From a virus: 39,542 bases of DNA. Of the stretch, positions 15,889-22,021 are shown one piece after another (the stretch's first letter is position 1; each line of letters starts with the position of its first letter). The translations under genes were made by a program, and so were the position numbers. The notes beneath the pieces were generated by a model. That model was not told the origin of the DNA. It did not search any database and worked only from the letters and a program-made list of their open reading frames with translations. The DNA is taken from the IMG/VR virus record IMGVR_UViG_3300048915_000060; one strand, written 5' to 3'.

Positions 15889-16667
15889 AGCAGATCCACG
15901 TTGTCGATCAGAATGCCTTCGAACGCCGCAAACCCTTCCACCGTGCCTGTCACCGCCTTGACGCGCGTCGTCAGTGTCGTCTTCTCCGGCACCAGCGCAC
16001 CCACGATCACACTACGCTGAACCGGGAACAGCGGCCCCGCAATGTACTCATTGGTCGTCTGGATCGTGTTGTTGATCGCATTGATCCGCGTAAAGCTGAA
16101 CTGGATATCCGTCGTCGTTCCCGTGCCGCCGCACTCGAACAGCAGATCCGTCGCCAGAAACGTGAACCCCGCCGGCACGGTGTAGATCGCCTGCTTCGCG
16201 TACCCGTACCCGGCGCGCGCGATAGCCTGCGTGGCACCCGCGCCCGTCACGCGCAAGGTCACGTCCCCCGCGTTGACCATGCCGCTCCCGCCACTGGCCA
16301 TAATCAGCCCGTTCACGCGCAGATACTGCTTCGTGCTCTGTACCGGCGTCACGCCCGCCATTGTCAGCGTCTCGCTGATAACGTTGTAGTTCGCGTCCAG
16401 CCCCGTGAGGGTGAACGTCCGTGCGCCCGTACCCGCCGCCGTGTCGTTCGCGCTCGCCGAGAGAATCTCCAGCGTGACGGCTGCCGCCTGAAACGGGTAC
16501 GCCCCGCTTCCCTCCCACACGTCAGCACCTGCCGTCACCGGACTCGGATGGTGCCCGTACACGGCCACGCGGCTATGCCCGCCAATGCGGTTCAAGGTCG
16601 CCGCCAGCGGGAACACGATCTCAACCGGGTTCTGTGAAACGCTCTTCAGATATCCATTGCTCGCCAT
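15885..16667 (-). CDS. Hypothetical beta-rich protein, first gene of the late operon (260 aa)
   Basis: ATG at 16667 preceded by GGAGGGTATAT. The 313-aa version in the track adds an RBS-less extension. No motif recognised. Confidence 0.6.
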   Translation of the reverse strand: MASNGYLKSVSQNPVEIVFPLAATLNRIGGHSRVAVYGHHPSPVTAGADVWEGSGAYPFQAAAVTLEILSASANDTAAGTGARTFTLTGLDANYNVISETLTMAGVTPVQSTKQYLRVNGLIMASGGSGMVNAGDVTLRVTGAGATQAIARAGYGYAKQAIYTVPAGFTFLATDLLFECGGTGTTTDIQFSFTRINAINNTIQTTNEYIAGPLFPVQRSVIVGALVPEKTTLTTRVKAVTGTVEGFAAFEGILIDNVDLL

Positions 16668-16689
16668 ATACCCTCCGGGGTTTCGCGCG

Positions 16690-16698
16690 ATTATGGCA
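16690..16698 (-). promoter_or_regulatory. Candidate extended -10 promoter for the late (structural) operon
   Basis: The minus strand reads TG-c-CATAAT, 24 nt upstream of the ATG at 16667. Only a weak -35 (TTCCTG) lies 17 nt upstream. Confidence 0.3.
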
Positions 16699-16934
16699 CA
16701 GCGCCGAACTGGCAGGAAATTCCAGCGATGTTTTTCCGGTGCGCGGTTTGGGAAACACGTCTCCAAATTTAGCCACCCGTCCGGCGGGGAGGGCCAGGGT
16801 TCCCAGAGTTTGAGAATGCTTTTCATTCCGGACCGAGAACCCCGATTCGACGGGCGAAAGTTCGATAGTTTCCATTATGTAAACATATCCGACTGTTTAA
16901 GTCTGGTATTATTGTTCAATAGAATCAACAACTT

Positions 16935-17076
16935 ACCGCAAATCACGTCTTGACGAGGCGATATCAGACCGCAAAGCACTGGCCTAGGCAATCAATATTG
17001 GCGGTTAGCGAACGCTAACTTCATCGATGTTTTTGGGGCTCGCACAGGGGGTCGTTTCGCCACTAAACCGCAAATC
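16935..17076 (+). repeat. Three ACCGCAAA(T/G)C boxes plus a 16-bp palindrome in the divergent control region
   Basis: ACCGCAAATC at 16935-16944, ACCGCAAAGC at 16968-16977 and ACCGCAAATC at 17067-17076. Perfect inverted repeat GTTAGCG-AA-CGCTAAC at 17004-17019. Confidence 0.5.
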
Positions 17077-17170
17077 GCTGACCGTTGAAGTGTTACGTTA
17101 TAACATTGCACGAAAGACTTTGCGCTATCGCACGCGCGACCATAATGCAAACAATCTATTGGGTTCCTCG

Positions 17171-17190
17171 TTTTGCAATTGCTATAGTGG
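17171..17190 (+). promoter_or_regulatory. Phage promoter cassette P1 (extended -10)
   Basis: TTTTGCAATTGCTATAGTGG. TG-c-TATAGT is an extended -10. The motif start is exactly 43 nt from the ATG at 17214, as in P2-P4. Confidence 0.6.
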
Positions 17191-17213
17191 AGTCACACCA
17201 ACGGAGACACACC

Positions 17214-17342
17214 ATGAGCGACCTTGCAAAAGCCCTCTTGCATTACGCAGCGAACTACCGCGAAGGCTGCGCCGATGACCCGGATCGTGCATTCTGCCTG
17301 CACGCTGCCCGCACTTATGCTTCGCATCTCATCGGGGCCTGA
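17214..17342 (+). CDS. Early small protein (42 aa)
   Basis: ATG preceded by ACGGAGAC. It is the first gene after P1 (MSDLAKALLHYAANYREG...). Confidence 0.5.
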   Translation: MSDLAKALLHYAANYREGCADDPDRAFCLHAARTYASHLIGA

Positions 17343-17343
17343 C

Positions 17344-17490
17344 ATGAACCTCAACCACCTCCACACCGAACTGATACTGCTCTCAGGCGGCTACATCGAA
17401 GTGTGCTGCTACGACATGGAACTGACCGCGCTACGCCGTCACTGGTCCATCCGCCGTACCGTTGACTACCGCTACATCACCTGGTGCTGA
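17344..17490 (+). CDS. Early small protein (48 aa)
   Basis: The ATG lies 1 nt after the previous stop (MNLNHLHTELILLSGGYIEVCCYD...). Confidence 0.45.
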   Translation: MNLNHLHTELILLSGGYIEVCCYDMELTALRRHWSIRRTVDYRYITWC

Positions 17491-17491
17491 C

Positions 17492-17674
17492 ATGATCCGA
17501 TACGCAATCCTGATCCCTGGCGACGAAATGATCGGCTCGATCGAATGCCACGGGCTGCCTACGCTGGAGATGTGCGCAGACGAACTGGCTGAATGCGCTG
17601 GCTTCCCGGACCGCGATTCGTTTCTTGTGGCCAACCCTCAGATGTCCACAATCGGCTTCGCGCCGATCCACTAA
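17492..17674 (+). CDS. Early small protein (60 aa)
   Basis: The ATG lies 1 nt after the previous stop (MIRYAILIPGDEMIGSIECHGLP...). It is followed by a terminator. Confidence 0.5.
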   Translation: MIRYAILIPGDEMIGSIECHGLPTLEMCADELAECAGFPDRDSFLVANPQMSTIGFAPIH

Positions 17675-17677
17675 CGA

Positions 17678-17708
17678 AAACGGCCCACAACGGGCCGTTT
17701 CTCTTTCC
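17678..17708. terminator. Bidirectional rho-independent terminator between convergent operons
   Basis: Stem AAACGGCCC-acaac-GGGCCGTTT. It is followed by a T-rich run on the plus strand (CTCTTT) and by TTTTCGTT on the minus strand. Confidence 0.7.
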
Positions 17709-17721
17709 TGCTGCCTGCGTA

Positions 17722-17907
17722 TCACTCCCTCTCTACAAACGGCTCCTGCGCCTTCCTCGCACGCTGTGCAGCCTCTGCCAGTTCCTGATCCGCCTTGCCG
17801 ATACACGTCTGGCACCACAACGGCCCTTCCCATCTCACAAGCTCCAGCAACCGCACGCTGAATTCCCGGCCACAGCATACGCACAACACTGAGTCATCGC
17901 GGTTCAC
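17722..17907 (-). CDS. Small Cys-pair (zinc-ribbon-like) protein (61 aa)
   Basis: GTG start with a GTGA overlap. CVCCGREF...WCQTC contains two Cys pairs. Confidence 0.5.
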   Translation of the reverse strand: MNRDDSVLCVCCGREFSVRLLELVRWEGPLWCQTCIGKADQELAEAAQRARKAQEPFVERE

Positions 17908-18089
17908 TTGCCTTTCTCCTTTGCCGCGATCATCTTCGCGACTTCGTCTGGCTTGTTAGCCACCTCTGTGTAGTTCTCTTCCGTATTGCCGAAAAAGATG
18001 AGGGTTCCGTTCTGGCCATGTTTGAAGAACGTAATGTTTGAAGCGTTCACGTACACATCCCCGTAACGCGAAGACAATTTGATGATCAT
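17904..18089 (-). CDS. Hypothetical protein (61 aa)
   Basis: ATG with an AAGGAG RBS upstream. Lower GC than its surroundings. Confidence 0.5.
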   Translation of the reverse strand: MIIKLSSRYGDVYVNASNITFFKHGQNGTLIFFGNTEENYTEVANKPDEVAKMIAAKEKGK

Positions 18090-18114
18090 TTTTCAATAAC
18101 TCCTTAAATCCGGC

Positions 18115-18286
18115 GGACCCTACCTGCACCCTATAGGGTAGGGTGCGTAGGGTCCGTAGGGTCCGACAGCATCAGATTGTAGGGTCAGCTAGGGTCAGCT
18201 AGGGTCAGCTAGGGTCGGCAAACCCTTATAATACGGCCTTCCTTGCTGATCTTACCTAGCGAGGCTAGGGTCCGCAACGTAGGGAT
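18115..18286 (+). repeat. TAGGGTC iteron array (about 10 copies) with central palindrome; candidate origin or regulator-binding array
   Basis: GGACCCTAC...ACCCTATAGGGT (12-bp palindrome, 18128-18139). GTAGGGTCC x2 at 18147-18164. CAGCTAGGGT x3.5 at 10-bp period over 18180-18216. Further TAGGGTC at 18266 and TAGGGAT at 18280. The array straddles the stop codon of the primase-helicase gene. Confidence 0.8.
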
Positions 18287-20218
18287 GATATTTTTCTTCA
18301 GAGGGTAGTCTGGTTCTTCCATCGGGTTCACTGTCTTGTCCTTCTGGATAGCTTCGATCACCTCATCCTCCTGTAGGGCAAGTCCGGTTTCCATCCCGCA
18401 CATGTCCTGGATGATGTGGAGGAAGTGGCGTGCCTTCTGATAGTTGGCGCTGGTCTCGAAGTCGCCAGAGCGTGATTTGCGTCCTTCCTTTTTCGGCTCG
18501 GGTTTGTAATTCTCCTGTTCGACCGTACAGGACGTGATCGGCTTGCCGTTGGCTTTGAACGCAAGCGGCGCGGATACTTTCAGACTGAAAGGGTACGCCT
18601 TGCCGTCTTCACCTTCCCTGTGCTTCTTCTGCGTGACCCACTGTTTCCGGTCTGCGCCTTCTCCCGTTGCTTCCAGTTCGAGAACGGCGTCCACGTCGTT
18701 ATAGAGCACGCCAGAACCCCGGAAGCTGCCGCCGTCCTTGGTCGTGTGGTGGACGAACAGGACAAGGCATTGCAGATCGTCGGCCAGAATCTTCAGATTG
18801 CGGATCATCTGCGCGACATCCTTCTGGCTGCTATCGTCGCCTTCGAACGAAGCCGACATCGTGTCCACAATCACCATGGCGGGCGCGCCTACGGCACGCG
18901 CGGCATCGCGTACGGCCTGAACGGAAGTCATGCTGGACAGGTTAGGCGCAGCGTCCGCGATGAACGGTGAGCGCCATTCCGGGTTCAGCACCTTGATAGC
19001 CTGAATCCGCTTCTTGATGCCGCGTCCGGCTTCCGCCGCCACGTACATCACGTCGCCCTGCTTCACGTCCTTGTCACGCCACTGAACGCCGTTATGCACG
19101 CGGAACGCCAGATCGAGCGTCCAGAACGTTTTCCCTTTGCCGGACGGCCCATACACCATCGCGATACCGCGCTCAGGCAGCACGTCTTCCACCAGCTCCG
19201 GTCCGCCAACGAAGTCTTCCGAGTAGGCATCGCCCGCATAGAACCGGAAATTCAGATCAGCCTCGGTAGGCGCGGCCTTGTCTGCCGGCGGCTGTCCGAA
19301 CTCCTTCAGCAGCGCGCGCAGCGTCTCCGGCTTGTCGGAATGGCCGAACGAATCCCAAACCCTGCGCTGGTCTTCAGCGTTGTACTTCTGCCCGTTCGTG
19401 CTCCAGGCTTCCCACATTTCAAAGCCCTCTTCGCTGCCGGCAAAGTGGTGATGCACCATGCGTCCGATACGCAACCACTGGTCGCGGTCGTCGTAGTCCG
19501 TGACCTTGTGGATGAGGGCGGTGACCTGTTCGGCGCTCAGGTCTGTTGGTTCGGCGTACGCAGCGAAAGGATCGCCATCATGTTTCTGATCCACCAGTAC
19601 CCGTTCCGCCACGGCTTTGACGGACCATGCTCCCTTTTCCACCATTCGCCCCGCAAGTACCTCGAATGCGTCAATAACGCGTTGAGCGTCGCTTCGCTTG
19701 AGTTCAGGAAGGGAGTCGCGCGATGATTCCCGTATTCCAGAATCCGACAGCCCGTCAAACCATTTATACGGGCGTTCGGTGTCGGGATGGACATGGTAGG
19801 CAACCCACTGCTGTCCGTCTCCGAGAATTTCGACCTTGTGTTCATTTGTACCATCCGTGTACACGTGAGAAGTCATTTTCCGGAAAGGCTCGTCAGACCG
19901 GAACGGAACCAGAAACTTGGGCGCGAGCCCCGTGCGCGTCATCAGCCGTTCGCCGGGGAAGATCGCGTCAATCGCGTCTGACATCTGCTGTGCGACTTCC
20001 GGATCCAGCACGTCAACGTCAATCGCGGGAGCGTTGCGCGCGTTGATGCCCGCCCCGTGGCCGGCGCGCCCGTTGCTGTACCATGCAACCACGTCGGCGG
20101 CTGTCGTCTCATGCTGCGGCCAGTTCTTCAGATCCGGGCGCTTGGTACCGGGCCGGATCGGAAGCACCGTGTAGCCGAGCGCGACCAGCTGTTCGCCGTA
20201 CTGTTTCAGATATTGCAT
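18209..20218 (-). CDS. Bifunctional primase-polymerase (PrimPol) / RecA-type helicase
   Basis: 669 aa. The N-terminus LGYTVLPIRPGTKRP...AIDVDVLD...VEILGDGQQWVAYHVHP fits the bifunctional Prim-Pol domain. The C-terminus has Walker A VYGPSGKGKTF and Walker B MVIVDT (AAA_25/RepA-like). Confidence 0.8.
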   Translation of the reverse strand: MQYLKQYGEQLVALGYTVLPIRPGTKRPDLKNWPQHETTAADVVAWYSNGRAGHGAGINARNAPAIDVDVLDPEVAQQMSDAIDAIFPGERLMTRTGLAPKFLVPFRSDEPFRKMTSHVYTDGTNEHKVEILGDGQQWVAYHVHPDTERPYKWFDGLSDSGIRESSRDSLPELKRSDAQRVIDAFEVLAGRMVEKGAWSVKAVAERVLVDQKHDGDPFAAYAEPTDLSAEQVTALIHKVTDYDDRDQWLRIGRMVHHHFAGSEEGFEMWEAWSTNGQKYNAEDQRRVWDSFGHSDKPETLRALLKEFGQPPADKAAPTEADLNFRFYAGDAYSEDFVGGPELVEDVLPERGIAMVYGPSGKGKTFWTLDLAFRVHNGVQWRDKDVKQGDVMYVAAEAGRGIKKRIQAIKVLNPEWRSPFIADAAPNLSSMTSVQAVRDAARAVGAPAMVIVDTMSASFEGDDSSQKDVAQMIRNLKILADDLQCLVLFVHHTTKDGGSFRGSGVLYNDVDAVLELEATGEGADRKQWVTQKKHREGEDGKAYPFSLKVSAPLAFKANGKPITSCTVEQENYKPEPKKEGRKSRSGDFETSANYQKARHFLHIIQDMCGMETGLALQEDEVIEAIQKDKTVNPMEEPDYPLKKNIIPTLRTLASLGKISKEGRIIRVCRP

Positions 20219-20949
20219 ATCGCGCAGCCCCCCTCGTTACGTTCTTTCCCGCCTTTGGAGGTCCAGATGCTTTTTCCGATTTCTACGGAAATAGTTTGCA
20301 CGTCCACGAACTGCCGGCGCCCGAAGTCATCAAACTGGAACGCCATCTCTTTGAAGCGGTCGCCTGACGCCAGGCAAGGGAAGCAGCCCACACGTGGAAA
20401 GCCGGCACGATATAGCGGGTTTTCACGCCCGTCGAGTACCGCCATTACCTGTTCTTTCGACCAGTCCAGAATCGGGAGACGAAAGCGCACGCCCATCCTG
20501 CCAAGATATTTGGGATACTTTCCGGGCATGACTTCGTGTGGCTCGTACAGGTCTTCTGAAATTTTGTCCGCGTATCGCTTTTTACGCTCATCGCTTTCAG
20601 CGCTGCGCATTCCGTACCACACTTCGAAGCCGCCTTGCATTTCAGCGAGCGCTTTACAATATATCCGTGTCTCTCGAATCTTAAGTTCGTCTGTACAATG
20701 GCGAGCACCGCCGCCGGGAAAACGTCCGTACTTTACAGATTTTTCGAGCACGGTTCCGCCTGATACCCTGTCGATCTGTACCCCATAGTGGTTTCGCATC
20801 CATTCGATATGCTGGTAGGTGATCGGATGCTCGAACTGCGTATCGCAGAATAAGCCCCGTATATCGTCAACGCCGAACAGCTTGACAGCGAGTTCAAGAC
20901 ATGCCTGCGAGTCCTTACCGCCGGACACTGGCACGAGGACCTTGACCAT
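20206..20949 (-). CDS. PAPS reductase / PP-loop ATPase family protein (DndC/CysH-like)
   Basis: 247 aa from the ATG at 20949 (GGAGGCGTG-ATG). PVSGGKDS PP-loop. Cys pairs GCFPC and CAIC near the C-terminus. The 308-aa ORF in the track is an artefactual upstream extension. Confidence 0.75.
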   Translation of the reverse strand: MVKVLVPVSGGKDSQACLELAVKLFGVDDIRGLFCDTQFEHPITYQHIEWMRNHYGVQIDRVSGGTVLEKSVKYGRFPGGGARHCTDELKIRETRIYCKALAEMQGGFEVWYGMRSAESDERKKRYADKISEDLYEPHEVMPGKYPKYLGRMGVRFRLPILDWSKEQVMAVLDGRENPLYRAGFPRVGCFPCLASGDRFKEMAFQFDDFGRRQFVDVQTISVEIGKSIWTSKGGKERNEGGCAICNI

Positions 20950-21125
20950 CACGCCTCCGTCTTGTCTTGTTTCGAATCGACGTAGGCTTCGATTTCGCTG
21001 AGTTTCCAGAAGACGCGCCCACCAATGCGGACCGCGCGCGGGAAGTCCTCTTTCTCCATCCACAGATAGAGGGTCGAACGGGAGACAGGGATAAGCGCCA
21101 GAACATCGGCAATCGGGATCAGCAC
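20949..21125 (-). CDS. AlpA-family (MerR/excisionase-type HTH) phage regulatory protein
   Basis: 58 aa, hand-translated from a GTG start (AGGAG, 7 nt, GTG): VLIPIADVLALIPVSRSTLYLWMEKEDFPRAVRIGGRVFWKLSEIEAYVDSK. This is the classic AlpA/HTH_17 pattern. Its stop overlaps the next start (TGATG). It is below the ORF-track cut-off. Confidence 0.7.
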   Translation of the reverse strand: MLIPIADVLALIPVSRSTLYLWMEKEDFPRAVRIGGRVFWKLSEIEAYVDSKQDKTEA

Positions 21126-21161
21126 GGGACATCTCCTTTGTTAGGACAGCATCGGACGTTC

Positions 21162-21190
21162 AGGATACTCTTTGAAATCCGATCGTGCAA
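21162..21190 (-). promoter_or_regulatory. Candidate sigma70-type promoter for the alpA-like / PAPS reductase / primase unit
   Basis: The minus strand reads TTGCAC, 17 nt, TATCCT. It lies directly downstream of a terminator and about 35 nt upstream of the GTG at 21125. Confidence 0.35.
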
Positions 21191-21192
21191 TA

Positions 21193-21217
21193 GAAAAAGC
21201 CCGCTCGAAAGCGGGCT
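21193..21217 (-). terminator. Rho-independent terminator (minus strand)
   Basis: Stem AGCCCGCT-ttcg-AGCGGGCT followed by TTTTT on the minus strand, 33 nt after the stop of the repeat protein. Confidence 0.7.
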
Positions 21218-21249
21218 CTGAAAACAACAAAGGAGACGGCGTGAGTGTA

Positions 21250-22020
21250 TTACATATTCCGGAGAAGGGATAGCAAGGTGTCTCGTTCCCAGCGATACCC
21301 CGCCGACCACCCCGCCGCCGCCGCCGCCTCCGACCGCGCCGACCGCGCCGACCACGCCGCCGCCGACCGCGCCGACCACGCCGCCGACGACGACGACCAC
21401 GCCACCGACCACGCCACCGACCGCGCTGACCACGCTGCCGACTCCGCCGACCACGCTGCCGACTCCGCCGACCACGCCGACCGCGCCACCGACCGCGCCA
21501 CCGACCGCGCCGCCGCCGCCGCCCGAACCGCCGCCGACTCCGCCGACCACGCCGCACGGGCTGTCGCCGCCCGCGATTCGTCGGTTTTCATTTCCGATTC
21601 GCAATACGCAATCGCCTGTTCAAGTGCCGCGCGAACCTGAACAGCGTATTCCTCCTCGTTGCCCGCAAGCGCGGCTAACTGTTTGCGATGGCGCAACGCG
21701 GCCAGTTGCCAGCGCACGGGTTCCAGATCCTTACCCGGCTGCACGGCTTCCAGAAGGTCGGTACCGAACTGCGGTGCCTCTTCGCGCGGGATACCTTCGA
21801 AGATACCGTCGGCCAGATGCGCCAGCCATTCGGGCCAGCCAAGCTCAACCGGGAACCGCGAGTGGTCGTAGGCGTCCAGCGTGCAGCCGACGAAGCAGCC
21901 ACGCCCGTTCTCAAACCCCGTACCCTGGATCACTTCATCTGCCCTGCGGTGCGCTTCGAAGCGTGCCTGATACTTCAGTTTGATAGCCGGGTCATTGTGA
22001 TAGGCAAGCATCTTTTCCAT
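21250..22020 (-). CDS. Protein with globular N-domain and C-terminal (AAWSAxS)n heptad repeats, unknown function
   Basis: 256 aa from the ATG at 22020 (AAGGAG, 8 nt, ATG, starting 1 nt after the OMP stop). The C-terminal ~95 aa read AAWSAESAAVRAAAAARSVARSVARSAWSAESAAWSAESAAWSARSVAWSVAW...AAWSARSAAAWSARSARS. Confidence 0.65.
   Translation of the reverse strand: MEKMLAYHNDPAIKLKYQARFEAHRRADEVIQGTGFENGRGCFVGCTLDAYDHSRFPVELGWPEWLAHLADGIFEGIPREEAPQFGTDLLEAVQPGKDLEPVRWQLAALRHRKQLAALAGNEEEYAVQVRAALEQAIAYCESEMKTDESRAATARAAWSAESAAVRAAAAARSVARSVARSAWSAESAAWSAESAAWSARSVAWSVAWSSSSAAWSARSAAAWSARSARSEAAAAAGWSAGYRWERDTLLSLLRNM
21300..21560. repeat. Imperfect 9/12/21-bp GC-rich tandem repeats (CCGACC(A/G)CG core)
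   Basis: CCGACCACGCTGCCGACTCCG occurs twice in tandem (about 21427-21468). CCACCGACCGCG occurs twice (about 21486-21509). There are many CCGACCGCG/CCGACCACG units. ORFs of 131-264 aa are called across the repeat in two minus frames and one plus frame (21119..21604, 21250..22044, 21245..21640), with a shorter third minus-frame ORF (21141..21557) inside it. Confidence 0.85.
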
Positions 22021-22021
22021 C

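Noticed and set aside
16830-17170. tRNA or other structured RNA gene in the long intergenic region.
   Set aside because: I could not fold a cloverleaf with acceptor and T-arm features by eye. Only short palindromes and direct repeats are present. A covariance-model scan is needed to exclude small RNAs properly.
18180-18216. Possible CRISPR-like array (regularly spaced CAGCTAGGGT repeats).
   Set aside because: The period is only 10 bp, with no spacers and no cas genes. It is an iteron or microsatellite-type tandem repeat, not a CRISPR array.
21119-21640. Three extra ORFs across the repeat: a Gly/Val-rich 161-aa ORF, an Arg-rich 138-aa ORF and a plus-strand 131-aa ORF.
   Set aside because: They are by-products of the stop-free CCGACCNCG tandem repeat being open in several frames. 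Only the Trp/Ala/Ser frame is continuous with a globular N-domain, a good RBS (22020) and a downstream terminator.
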